A DNA stretch of 64,000 bases from Candidatus Multivorans sp. (GCA_965224025.1 OZ245033.1:2112001-2176000); one strand, 5' to 3'. Shown: positions 38,918 to 48,659, counted from the stretch's first letter. Program-made: numbers and translations. The notes: a model not told the origin generated them from the sequence alone.

Positions 38918-41446
38918 TCAGAACCAGAACCGGGCCGAGAGAGTGATGTCACGCCCGGGCAGAGGCGCGAAGGTCTTCAGGAAGGACGTATGCACGCGCG
39001 CCTCTTCGTCGGTCAGGTTCCGGCCCCGAAGCAGCAGATCGAGGATCTGATTCTTCAGGACGAAGCGGCGTCCGACGTGGGCGTTGAGCATGGTGTAGCC
39101 GTCGGTCGGCGTCTCCAGCTCGGCGACGTCGTGCTGGTCGTCGACGAAGCGCCACTCGACCGCGGCCCGCCAGTCGTGGCCGTGGTAGTGCAGGCCGGCG
39201 CCCAGGCTCATCGGCGGAATCCGCGGCAGGTTGCCGCCCTGGTCCAGCTCGGCGTCGACGGTGTCGCCGAGCAGCTCCAGGTGGAGGTGATTGTCTTCCC
39301 ACTCCAGGACCTCGATCCGGGCCCGGAGTTCGGCGCCCGTCATCATCGCGTCGCCCTGGGTGTAGAGAATGACCACGATGTCGTCGATCTGGGCGCCCGT
39401 GAACGCCTGGTAGATGAAGTCCTGGAAGTCCTGCCGGAACAGAGTCAGCTCACCCTGGAGGCGGCCCTCGTTCTTGCGCAGGGAGAGGTCCAGGCCGTTG
39501 CCGACTTCGGCGTCCAGGTTCGGGTCGCCGATCTCGTAGGTCAAGGTGGCGACATGGATGCCGTCGGCGAACAGTTCCTCGCCGGCCGGCAGGCGGACGG
39601 AGCGGGAGGCGGAGAGGCCGAGGTTCCAGGTCTCGTTGGCCTTCCAGACCAGGCCGGCTGAGGCGGATACACCATCGCCCGACCAGGTCGAGCCTCCGTG
39701 CGGATCGTGCTCGGCCTGCTCGAAGCGGGCGCCGAACTGCCAGCGGACGGCGCCCTTCTCGATCTCCTGGGACGTGAAGACCGCCCAGTTGTTCGACGCG
39801 GTCGGCGGTACGTAGGCCTCGGCCCCCACGGCGGCGAGATCGCGGTCCGAGTACTGCAGCCCGACGCTACCCCGGCTGGCGCCGCGGACGCGCTGGAACA
39901 TCTCGACCCGGGTCTCGAAGTAGTCGTTCGTGAACAGGGTGTCCGGCTCGTCGCCCTCGAACTCGACGTGCTCGTAGTCCGTTCCGGCCATCCTGATCTC
40001 GAGCTTTTCGAAGCCGCCCGAGAGCAGGTAGATGTCGCCGCGCAGGTCGACCCGTTGCTGCTTCATGTCGACGCGAACGGGCGCTTCCTCGTCGTCGTGG
40101 TCGCCCTCGTCGTCGTGGTGTTCGTCTTCGTCGTGGTCGTCCTCGTCATCGTGGTCGTCCTCGCCTTCGTGGTCTTCTTCCTCGTGCTCGTGCCCGCCAT
40201 GCTGGTGGGCGCCCGGCGGGATGCCGTACTCCGTGTTGAAGCCGCTGACTGACACGCCGAGGAAGCCGCGGTCGCCGAAGAACCGGGTTACGCCGAAGCG
40301 GCCGCTCTCAGTGCGGAGGTCCGTGTTCGGGACGACACCGAACGGGTTCTCGAGGTGCTCCTCGCTCTCCTCGTGGTCTTCGTCTTCGTCGTGGTCGTCC
40401 TCGTCGTCGTGGTCGTCCTCATCGTCATGGTCGTCGTCTTCGTCCTCGTCGTGGTCGTCCTCGAGGCGAGAGTGGCCCGGGATCTCGTAGGGATCCGTTT
40501 CCCGGTTGACTGCGCCGATAGTCCAGGCCCATTCGCCGGCGCCGCCGCTCAGTTCGAGGGCGCCCATTCGCTCGTCGGCTACTGAGCCTCCGACCAGGTC
40601 GACCGTGCCGCTCAGGCTCTTTGCGGCGCGGCTGGTGGGAATGCGTCCGTCGATGACGTTCACTGCGCCGCCGATGGCGCCCGAGCCGTAGCGAAGCGTG
40701 GCCGGACCGCGAAGCACTTCGATCTGTTCCGCGTGGGCCGGCTCGGACGTCACGGCGTGGTCGGCGCTGACGGCGGAGGCATCGCCGGTGCCCAGGCCGC
40801 CGGCGAGCACCCGCACGCGGGCGCCGGACAGGCCGCGGATGATCGGCCGGCCGGCTCCCGGCACGAACGCCGTGGAGGACACACCGGGTTCTGAGGCGAG
40901 GGTCTCACCGAGCGTGGCGCCCATCCGCAGTTGCAGGTCGGCGCCGCTCAGTACGGAGACCGCGTTCGACAGCTCGGATTCGCTGCGGAGATCGCCGGTC
41001 GCCGTGACCACGATCTCGTCGGAGTGTGCTATGTGGTCGATTTCCAGTTCGACGGCCGTCTCCTCCCCGGCCGCGACGGTGACCCCCTGGTTGGTCAGGC
41101 CGACGGAGGGGATCTCGACGACCAGAAGGTAGGTGCCGGGCGGTACGGCATCGAAGGCGAAGGTGCCGTCCTCGTCCAGCACGGCGCTTAACGCGAGTTC
41201 GGGGAGTCTGGCGGTGGCGAGCGTGACGCGTTCGTCGCCGTGCGTGTGCAACTCACCGGCGATCGAGCCGGTGTCCTGGGCCATCGCGGCTGGGACCTGG
41301 AGCAGGGAGGCCAGTACCAGGGCGAGCAGGCCCGCCGGGGGTGGCAGGCCGGCGGGGACTCGGGTGTCCGACGAAGATGGTTGCGCCGCGGTTGGGCGGC
41401 TTGCCGCTGGATGGGAACTGAGAGGTGTCGAGGGTGCTGGGACCAT
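38918..41446 (-). CDS. TonB-dependent receptor with His/Asp/Glu-rich loops (ZnuD-like)
   Basis: EIVVTA TonB box, RPIIRGL, IEVLRGPATLRYGSGAIGGAVN, terminal Phe. Confidence 0.9.
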   Translation of the reverse strand: MVPAPSTPLSSHPAASRPTAAQPSSSDTRVPAGLPPPAGLLALVLASLLQVPAAMAQDTGSIAGELHTHGDERVTLATARLPELALSAVLDEDGTFAFDAVPPGTYLLVVEIPSVGLTNQGVTVAAGEETAVELEIDHIAHSDEIVVTATGDLRSESELSNAVSVLSGADLQLRMGATLGETLASEPGVSSTAFVPGAGRPIIRGLSGARVRVLAGGLGTGDASAVSADHAVTSEPAHAEQIEVLRGPATLRYGSGAIGGAVNVIDGRIPTSRAAKSLSGTVDLVGGSVADERMGALELSGGAGEWAWTIGAVNRETDPYEIPGHSRLEDDHDEDEDDDHDDEDDHDDEDDHDEDEDHEESEEHLENPFGVVPNTDLRTESGRFGVTRFFGDRGFLGVSVSGFNTEYGIPPGAHQHGGHEHEEEDHEGEDDHDDEDDHDEDEHHDDEGDHDDEEAPVRVDMKQQRVDLRGDIYLLSGGFEKLEIRMAGTDYEHVEFEGDEPDTLFTNDYFETRVEMFQRVRGASRGSVGLQYSDRDLAAVGAEAYVPPTASNNWAVFTSQEIEKGAVRWQFGARFEQAEHDPHGGSTWSGDGVSASAGLVWKANETWNLGLSASRSVRLPAGEELFADGIHVATLTYEIGDPNLDAEVGNGLDLSLRKNEGRLQGELTLFRQDFQDFIYQAFTGAQIDDIVVILYTQGDAMMTGAELRARIEVLEWEDNHLHLELLGDTVDAELDQGGNLPRIPPMSLGAGLHYHGHDWRAAVEWRFVDDQHDVAELETPTDGYTMLNAHVGRRFVLKNQILDLLLRGRNLTDEEARVHTSFLKTFAPLPGRDITLSARFWF

Positions 41447-41677
41447 GGTGACGTTCCTGTTCTGCTGAGTGCGAGTCGGTGAAAGAGGACGATCGTTGCG
41501 GCGAGCCGTAGGCGCCTGGAATCGCTGGGCCTCGATTCGTCGAACGGTGAGAGCCAGCTACAGCCGCCCCGGCGACGGATGTCGCCGCGGTCGATGGGGC
41601 GACACCGCTGGTCTTTCGGATGGCCGATCTGCTCCGACACCTGTCGGAGGCGGGAGCAGGCCGGGGCCGGTTTCGAC

Positions 41678-42055
41678 TCAGCTTCGAGGCGGACCGCGAG
41701 CGGTGTGCTGCCAGGACTCGCCGTTCCTGGGGCTCTCTCCGTTGCCGGAACCGGGCCCCGCGGAGACAAGGTCCAGGGCAGCGGCGATCGACCTTCTGTG
41801 CTCGGCCGGCGGCTGGGAGCGGCCCAGCTTGCACGCGACGCAGGAGTGGTCGTGAAGCGATGCCGCTTCGCCAACCGTGGCGCGATCGCTTGCCGCGGCG
41901 CCTTCGGCCTCGTGGTCGACGGCGCAGTAGGCGGCGCTTGCGGCAGCCAGGTCGTGTCCGTGTCCGCTCGAGTCCCAGGCGCCCGCGAGCAGCGTGGCGA
42001 TCGTCAGCGCCAGTGCGCTGACGACGGCAACCGGAGAGCCGGGTCGGCGGAACAT
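41678..42055 (-). CDS. DUF2946/CruR-like upstream ORF with CxxC and terminal RGPP
   Basis: Hydrophobic N-terminus, HGHD, HDHSCVAC, ends HTARGPPRS; 231 bp upstream of the receptor. Confidence 0.7.
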   Translation of the reverse strand: MFRRPGSPVAVVSALALTIATLLAGAWDSSGHGHDLAAASAAYCAVDHEAEGAAASDRATVGEAASLHDHSCVACKLGRSQPPAEHRRSIAAALDLVSAGPGSGNGESPRNGESWQHTARGPPRS

Positions 42056-42078
42056 CGCAGTGGAGAGTAGCAGAGGCC

Positions 42079-42370
42079 CTAGCGCCGACTGAGCACAACC
42101 TGGTGGGCGCCGCGGCGATCGTCGCCCTCGCCGGCTGAGGCACTGAGCGCGAACTCGCCGGCCGCAACGGCAACTTGCTCGAAGGTCGCGGTGCGCTGTT
42201 CGGGCGCCAGGTCCTGTTCGAACGTCCGATCGCCGAGGTCGAGACGCAACGGGCCCGCGGAGCCCGCGCCGCTCCGTGCCGGCGCCGGCATCTTCGGGCG
42301 GTTGGCGGGCGCCGCAGGCGAGCCCCAGGATGCTGAGCAGAATCACGCTGATCGGTGCGCTACGCTTCAT
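42079..42370 (-). pseudogene. Collapsed lipoprotein gene (signal peptide joined out of frame to a C-terminal beta fragment)
   Basis: MKRSAPISVILLSILGLAC lipobox; second frame LRLDLGDRTFEQ..ATFEQVAVAAG. Confidence 0.4.
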
Positions 42371-42404
42371 CGGCTTCCCTCCACGTCACGGCCGAGGACA
42401 GGAT

Positions 42405-43268
42405 ATGGCAGCAGAAGAGGTTCGCTACGAACGGCGCGGCCCGGTGGCGGTGTTGACCCTGAACCGGGCGCGCTACCACAACGCCCAGAGCTGGAAGCTG
42501 CTCGACGATCTGGACCGGCAGCTCGACCGGGCGATGGCCGACGACGACGTTCGGGTCGTGGTGCTGAAGGGCGCCGGCAAGCACTTCTCGTCCGGCCACG
42601 ACCTCGGCACGCCGGAGCAGCAGGCGGACATCGAACGCCGGGGACTCACCCAGTGGGTCGGCATGGAGTGGTACGAGGCGTTCCGCTGGTACAACCTGGA
42701 CAACACGGTCAAGTGGCGCAACCTGCCCAAGCCGACCATCGCCATGGTCCGCGGCTACTGCATCTTCGGCGGCTGGATGATCGCGGCGTCGATGGACCTG
42801 ATCTTCGCCGCGCCGAGCGCCCGCTTCCTCGCCAGCCTGTTCGAAACCTTCACCGTGCCCTGGGACATCCACCCCCGCAAGGCGAAGGAACTCCTGTTCG
42901 AGAGCCGCTTCATCGACGCCGAGGAGGCCCACGAACTGGGTCTGGTCAACCGCGTCTACGCGGAGGACGAACTCGAGCGGGAAACCCTGGCTTACGCGGA
43001 ACGAATCGCCGAGAACGACCCGGCCGTGCTGCGGCTGGGCAAGCTGGCGGTGAACAAGGCTCAGGACGCGATGGGCTACAGCGCCAACGTCGAAGCCGCC
43101 TTTGCCGACTATCTGGTGGTGCGGGAGATCCGGGGCAGTTCCAGCAGAGTGGAGGGCAATCGGCGGCTCGTAGGCGTCGACCTGGCGCTGCGGGGACAGC
43201 GTGGCGGCCGGGCCGGGCAGACGCCGGTGGGCGGAACGGATGCTTCGGAAGCAGGCGAGGACGCATGA
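42405..43268 (+). CDS. Enoyl-CoA hydratase/isomerase family
   Basis: LTLNR..NA, FSSGHDL, KPTIAMVRGYCIFGG, AEEAHELGLVN. Confidence 0.88.
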   Translation: MAAEEVRYERRGPVAVLTLNRARYHNAQSWKLLDDLDRQLDRAMADDDVRVVVLKGAGKHFSSGHDLGTPEQQADIERRGLTQWVGMEWYEAFRWYNLDNTVKWRNLPKPTIAMVRGYCIFGGWMIAASMDLIFAAPSARFLASLFETFTVPWDIHPRKAKELLFESRFIDAEEAHELGLVNRVYAEDELERETLAYAERIAENDPAVLRLGKLAVNKAQDAMGYSANVEAAFADYLVVREIRGSSSRVEGNRRLVGVDLALRGQRGGRAGQTPVGGTDASEAGEDA

Positions 43269-44107
43269 GAACGGTTCGACTTGCCGTTGCGATCGCCGTC
43301 GGCCTGAACCTCGCGGCCGTTGCCGCGGCGCAGGAAGACGGCGCGCGGATGTACAACACCGCCAAGCAGAAGCTGATGAGCGGCGAGGGCATCGTGAGCG
43401 TCTCGGTCTCCTCGCCCGACCCGGACAGCTACTGCGCCGCCGCGAATGCCGGCTTCGACTTCACCTGGATCGAGATGCAGCACAGCCCGCTCTCGTACCA
43501 GGACGTGGCGCGGATGATCTGGGCCTGCCGGGGCGCGTCGGCCGTCCCCTTCATCCGCGTGCCCGACGCAACGGAGGGCGCCATCCAGAAGGCGGTCGAC
43601 CTCGGCGCGCTCGGCATCGTCGTGCCCATGGTGCGTACGGCCGAGAAGATGGAGGCCGCGGTCCGCTTCGCCAAGTTCCCGCCCGAGGGTCGGCGCAGCC
43701 TGGGCGACGGCCAGTACCGCGCCTTGTGGGGCCGCGACTACCGCGCGACGGCGAACGAGAACATCCTCGTCGTGGCGATGATCGAGTCGCCGGCCGGCGT
43801 CGACGCGGTGGAGGAGATCGCCGCCGTCCCGGGCGTCGACGTCGTGTTTGCCGCCTCCACCGACCTCTACAGTTTCTCGGGCAAGCGTCAGGGCGAGCCG
43901 GAGTACGAGGCAATGGTGGACCGCATCCGCGACGCCGTGCTTGGCGCGGGCCTCAAGCTGGGAGGTCCGCTGGCGTGGCGCGACCGCGAGGGCTTCAGCT
44001 TCTTCCAGGCGCCCGGCGTCGGCAGCCTGATCCGGCGCGGCGCCAAGGCGCTGCTCGAGGAGACCGCGTCCGGCGTCGCCGAGATCGAGGGCTCGGAGAA
44101 CCAGTAG
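43265..44107 (+). CDS. HpcH/HpaI aldolase-family protein with signal peptide
   Basis: GFDFTWIEMQH, LGALGIVVPMV, KFPPEGRRS, AMIESPAGV; N-terminal AxA signal. Confidence 0.82.
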   Translation: MRTVRLAVAIAVGLNLAAVAAAQEDGARMYNTAKQKLMSGEGIVSVSVSSPDPDSYCAAANAGFDFTWIEMQHSPLSYQDVARMIWACRGASAVPFIRVPDATEGAIQKAVDLGALGIVVPMVRTAEKMEAAVRFAKFPPEGRRSLGDGQYRALWGRDYRATANENILVVAMIESPAGVDAVEEIAAVPGVDVVFAASTDLYSFSGKRQGEPEYEAMVDRIRDAVLGAGLKLGGPLAWRDREGFSFFQAPGVGSLIRRGAKALLEETASGVAEIEGSENQ

Positions 44108-44300
44108 GGTTCAAGCAACCGTTCGGCGAGTGACAAACACGAACTTTGGACGCGCGCCGTCCAAAGTTCCTGTTACTATTCTGAGCCGTGATCGAACGAG
44201 CGTTTCATATCGGGGATGTCGTTTCACCCGCTACGAGCGAAGACGATTAGGAGGTTCTCCGTTCCTGAGGAGGTCTGGCGCGCCTTGGAACCCCATTGCT

Positions 44301-44600
44301 TCAGATGTGCCGGCCCTGGCCGCCATCGATGTCGGTCACCGCGCCGTTGACGTAGGACGCGGCTTCCGAGCACGGGAAGACGATCATGTTCGCGACCTCC
44401 TCGGAGGTGCCGTAACGGCCGACGGGAACGCTCTTGCCGTTGTTCTTGATGATGTCCTCCCAGTCACCGCCGCGGGCGTTGGCGATCTCCTTCGCCGCGC
44501 GCTCCCACATCGCGGTGTGGATCAGGCCCGGCAGGACCGAGTTGAACAGCTTGCCGGACAGCGCCTTGCCGGTGGCGACCATCGCGGCCTTGGGTAGTGC
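44301..44600 (-). pseudogene. Short-chain dehydrogenase C-terminal fragment
   Basis: NSVLPGLIHT, PVGRYGTSEEVAN, ASYVNGAVTDIDGG; no GxxxGxG region. Confidence 0.7.
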
Positions 44601-44629
44601 GTCAGTTTGGGCGAAGGCGGCCGGCTAAC

Positions 44630-44911
44630 TCACTTCTTCGTCTTGGCGCCACCGTGGCGTTGACCGTCCGGCGTGTTCAACTGGTCCAGAACTCGCGGAT
44701 CGCCTTGGGCGAAGAACTCCAGTACTCCAGCGACACGACTCACCCGATCCTCCACCGTGGGGAAACGCTCCGACACAGCGTCCAACCGCGACAGCCGCTG
44801 CTCGAGCGACCAGATCCGAGACCGGTCGCGCCACAACACATACAGAATCGGAGCGGCGCAGACCACTATCACGGCCGCCGCGGCGATCAACAGAACACCC
44901 GGTTCCGTCAT
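44630..44911 (-). CDS. Small membrane-anchored coiled-coil protein
   Basis: TM helix then heptads; AGAAGG RBS; ATGA coupling. Confidence 0.6.
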   Translation of the reverse strand: MTEPGVLLIAAAAVIVVCAAPILYVLWRDRSRIWSLEQRLSRLDAVSERFPTVEDRVSRVAGVLEFFAQGDPRVLDQLNTPDGQRHGGAKTKK

Positions 44912-45144
44912 CTCGCCTTCTCCTGGCTCTCACCGCTTTCGCAGTTCCTCGGGATCTCGACGAGGGCGGAGGTGTACTGAGCCACCTTGGGGGCGGCCTG
45001 GACGGCAATCTCGGTCGCCGCGGTTTGCGCGCCAAACGCCACGCGGAGCGGCAGCATGGTCGCGGACGACAAGATCTTGTTTGCCCGGCTGTCCGGGCAC
45101 AGGTTCGGGGGGTTGCCCAAGAGGGCAGCGCGAGACTGGGGCAT
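44908..45144 (-). CDS. Small hypothetical protein
   Basis: Strong SD GGAGGTGA 6 nt before ATG; coupled to next gene. Confidence 0.55.
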   Translation of the reverse strand: MPQSRAALLGNPPNLCPDSRANKILSSATMLPLRVAFGAQTAATEIAVQAAPKVAQYTSALVEIPRNCESGESQEKAR

Positions 45145-45460
45145 GTCGATTCACCTCCGTGAGTTTTCCGCCTCCGAGAATGGAGCCGGGCCATGTGAAT
45201 CGCCATGCCGCGTAGCAAGCTACGGCATGGTTTCGCCTGTTCGCCGAGGGTTGTCTAGCTAGCTAGATACACCATCCCGGACAGAGCGGCTGTTGTATTC
45301 AGCGGGTAACCCGGCTTGGGAGCCCGGCTACGCGGAGCGGAAGGCGATTCACGCCGCGAACATACCAGAATCGTCTATGAGTCCAGAGCCGGTAAGGCGA
45401 ACGGACGCCGTCCGGAAAGCCGGACTGGTGAATCGCCATGCGCGTGACTCACGGCATCAG
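45141..45460. repeat. Four alternately oriented copies of GTGAATCG(C/A)C(ATGC)
   Basis: 45141-45154 (-), 45195-45208 (+), 45343-45352 (-), 45428-45441 (+). Confidence 0.8.
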
Positions 45461-45819
45461 GGTAGCACGGGGAACGAAGGCCCGCGCCCCCAACTTGGTG
45501 GGTGGAACCACCGCCGAAGCCCGTCCGGCAGGCGGTGCGTCACTCTCGCCGCGGAAGCGAACCGTCGCCGCTGTACGCCCGGTAGCTGACGCTGTTGCCG
45601 GGTCTTCTGCTCCAGGTCGAGCGCCCTGCAGCATGGAAGAGCTAGGGTCTACCGTCGGGCACCCTCCGACATCTCTGAGGGCATTCCACTTCAGGTCCCA
45701 GTCCGTAGTAGCGCCGACCGGCATTCGGGAGGCTTGGCTAGTCAGCGGTACAACCCCCCGCCCTCGGCCGGTCGGCTATGCTGTCGCCTTCACTCGAAAC
45801 GACGGGAGCGGATTCTTGG

Positions 45820-46683
45820 ATGGGCTTTGAAGGTAGTAGGGACCGGCGGCGACATCGCCGTCAGCGACGGCTGGTTTGCCTGGTGGCATTCGTCCTGGCT
45901 TCGGCGTTTGCCATGCCGGCTTTCGCGCGGGACGGCGGTTACCAGGCGCCTCGCCACTACGACGGCAACCCGGATATCAACGGCGTCTGGCAGGCGATCA
46001 ACACCGCGCACTGGAACCTCGAGGACCACTCGGCGGCCGCCGGACCGGCCGAACTCGGCGCTCTGGCCGCCATGCCGCCCGGTGTGGGCGTCGTCGTCGA
46101 GGGCGAGATCCCCTACCAGGACTGGGCGCGCGAGCAGCGGCGGAAGAACTTCGAGAACCGCTGGCGCGAGGATCCCGAGGCCAAGTGCTACCTGCCTGGC
46201 GTGCCGCGCGCGACCTACATGCCGTTCCCGTTCCAGATCCTCCAGGGCACCGGCCAGATCATGATCGTCTACGGCTTTGCCGAAGCGAACCGGACGATTC
46301 ACATGGACAAGGAGAATCCGGCGCCGGCGCCGATCGACAGTTGGATGGGCCGCTCGCACGGCCGCTGGGAGGGTGACACGCTGGTGGTCGAGGCCGCCGG
46401 GTTCACCGGCCAGGCGTGGTTCGACCGCGCCGGCAACTTTGCCAGCGATACGTTGCGGGTGACCGAGCGCTACACGCCGACCGGTCCCAACTCCATGATG
46501 TACGAGGCGACCCTCGAAGACGAGAACGTCTTCACCCGACCCTGGAAGATCCGCATGCCGCTCTACCGGCGCCTGGAGGAGCACGTCCGGGTGCTGGAGT
46601 TCAAGTGTGTCGAGTTTTCCGAGGAGCTTCTCTATGGCCACCTACGCCGACGCGAAGAGACCCCGACTGGCAACGACCCTTAG
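45820..46683 (+). CDS. Exported uncharacterised protein (WEGDTLVV family)
   Basis: Signal peptide, DGNPDINGVW, DPEAKC, MGRSHGRWEGDTLVV, EFKCVE. Confidence 0.75.
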   Translation: MGFEGSRDRRRHRRQRRLVCLVAFVLASAFAMPAFARDGGYQAPRHYDGNPDINGVWQAINTAHWNLEDHSAAAGPAELGALAAMPPGVGVVVEGEIPYQDWAREQRRKNFENRWREDPEAKCYLPGVPRATYMPFPFQILQGTGQIMIVYGFAEANRTIHMDKENPAPAPIDSWMGRSHGRWEGDTLVVEAAGFTGQAWFDRAGNFASDTLRVTERYTPTGPNSMMYEATLEDENVFTRPWKIRMPLYRRLEEHVRVLEFKCVEFSEELLYGHLRRREETPTGNDP

Positions 46684-48430
46684 CGGCGCTGCCGCCGTTG
46701 CGGCTCTGCCCGCGTTGACCGCCGTTCCGGCGGCGGCGGGCGAGGTTTCCGTGCAACTGACGACTTCGGCCGCCAGCGAGGCGGTCAAGTGGTACCAGCG
46801 GCACATGGACTGCGAGCCGATCGAGGGCCGCGGCGAAGCGATCGACTGCGGCAACGCGACGATCGAGTTCACCCAGGGGCCGATCATGGGCGCCAGCCAG
46901 GGTACGGGCATCGACCACGTCTCCTTCTCCTTCCCCGACTTGACCGAAAAGATGGCCGCGCTCGAGAAGGTCGGCGTGCGCGGTTCGGGCGTTCGCCTGC
47001 AGCGCTTCAAGGACGGCTCGACCCTGCGGGAACTCCCGGGGCTGTTCAAGATCGGCTTCATCTTCGACCCCTGGGGGACGCGGATCGAGGTCGTTGAGGA
47101 CCCGGACACCCTGGGTTTCCACCACATCCATCTGAGCGCGGTCGATCCGGCCTCGACACTTGGTTGGTACCGCGAAACGTTCGGCGGCGTGCCGGCAAGC
47201 CTCCGCGGCATGCTCGACGGCCTTCGTTTCGGCGAGGTCTGGCTGCTCGCTTCGCAGCATGCCGAGGGTCAACCGGCGCCGAGCGCGGGACGGGCGATCG
47301 ACCATCTCGCCTTCGAGATCGCCGATCTCGACACGGCAGCCGCCGGTCTGCGCGACCGCGGCGTTCGCTTCACCCGCGACCCCGAGCGGCCGGCGGGTGG
47401 CCGTTCGGAAGCGAAGCGCGGCTTCGTCTCAGCCCCCGACAACGTGGGGGTGGCGGTCCTGGAACCGGACTGGCGGGGTATCGACGCGACGATCGACTTC
47501 GAGGACGAGGCGGTCGCCTCGGCCGAGCCCTACGTGGTCCCGCGGACGCCCTGGGGCACGCCCGACCTGCAGGGGATGTGGAGCGGCAACAAGGCCCACG
47601 GCATTCCCCTGGAACGTCCCGAGGACCTCGCCGACCGCGCGCAACTGACTCCCGACGAAGCGGCGGCCCGCCGCGAGCGGGGCACCCTGGGCAGCATCTG
47701 GGGCTACGAGCGCGAGTGGCGGGACACGACGCTCGGCTACGTCAAGTCGGCGCCGTCGCGGCAGGTCGCGATGGTCATCGACCCGCCGGACGGCCGTCTG
47801 CCGCCCCTGACCGAGGAGGCACGGGAGCGGCGACGCAACGCGGCCCGGTCGTTCGGCGACTACGTACGCAGACGGCCCGCGGGACCCGAGGACCTGAGCG
47901 TGTACGTGCGCTGCATCACCCGCGGCCTGCCCGGCATGATGATGCCTTCGATCTACAACAACGGCCTGCAGATCAGCCAGAGTCCGGGCTTCGTGGCGAT
48001 CCAGAAGGAGATGATCCACGAAACCCGGGTCGTCCCCACCGAGGAACGGCCGTCGCTGGGCGCCGGTGTGAAGCAGTGGCTCGGCGAATCCCAGGGCCGC
48101 TGGGAGGGCGACACCCTGGTCGTCGAGGTGACGAACTTCAACGGCCGCACGAGCTACCGCGGCTCGAGCGAGAACATGAAGCTCACCGAGCGCTTTACCC
48201 GCCTGGGACCGAACCGGCTCGAGTACCAGTTCACCGTCGAGGATCCGAGCGTCTGGAGCCGCCCGTGGACCGGCCGTTTCGAGTTCGAACTCGACAACGA
48301 GCAGTACGAACTCGTCGAGTACGCCTGCCACGAAGGCAACTACGGCATGACGAACATCCTCTCCGGCGCTCGCGCGCGTGACCGCGAGGAAGCCGCCGCG
48401 GCCGCTGAGACGGGCTCGGGAGCGCAGTAG
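46634..48430 (+). CDS. VOC/glyoxalase domains fused to WEGDTLVV-family domain; start uncertain
   Basis: IDHVSF, DPWGTRIEV, FHHIHL, IDHLAF; then WGTPDLQGMW, GRWEGDTLVV, EYACHEGNY. Confidence 0.75.
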   Translation: MATYADAKRPRLATTLSGAAAVAALPALTAVPAAAGEVSVQLTTSAASEAVKWYQRHMDCEPIEGRGEAIDCGNATIEFTQGPIMGASQGTGIDHVSFSFPDLTEKMAALEKVGVRGSGVRLQRFKDGSTLRELPGLFKIGFIFDPWGTRIEVVEDPDTLGFHHIHLSAVDPASTLGWYRETFGGVPASLRGMLDGLRFGEVWLLASQHAEGQPAPSAGRAIDHLAFEIADLDTAAAGLRDRGVRFTRDPERPAGGRSEAKRGFVSAPDNVGVAVLEPDWRGIDATIDFEDEAVASAEPYVVPRTPWGTPDLQGMWSGNKAHGIPLERPEDLADRAQLTPDEAAARRERGTLGSIWGYEREWRDTTLGYVKSAPSRQVAMVIDPPDGRLPPLTEEARERRRNAARSFGDYVRRRPAGPEDLSVYVRCITRGLPGMMMPSIYNNGLQISQSPGFVAIQKEMIHETRVVPTEERPSLGAGVKQWLGESQGRWEGDTLVVEVTNFNGRTSYRGSSENMKLTERFTRLGPNRLEYQFTVEDPSVWSRPWTGRFEFELDNEQYELVEYACHEGNYGMTNILSGARARDREEAAAAAETGSGAQ

Positions 48431-48433
48431 CCC

Positions 48434-48614
48434 CTGGGAACCCGTGTGGCGCGATCCGCGCCACACGCGAACCACTCCGTGCGCCCGTCATCGTGCGCAC
48501 GGATGGCACGCGGGCATCCTGCCCGCATCCGGGGCGAAGCGCCGGCCTCCGGTCGTTCTGCCGCGCTAGCTCTCTGCTCTCTCGCTGGGTGCGCCGGCCT
48601 CTGGCCGGCATCCG
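48434..48614. repeat. Cluster: double-hairpin element copy 2 (48439-48508) inside a REP, plus intact REP at 48585-48613
   Basis: CTGGGA[element]ACGCGGGCATCCTGCCCGCATCC; CTGGGTGCGCCGGCCTCTGGCCGGCATCC. Confidence 0.85.
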
Positions 48615-48659
48615 CCGTCAGGCGGAATCCGGTTGCTGCGAGTACAGCGAGTGCAGTGT

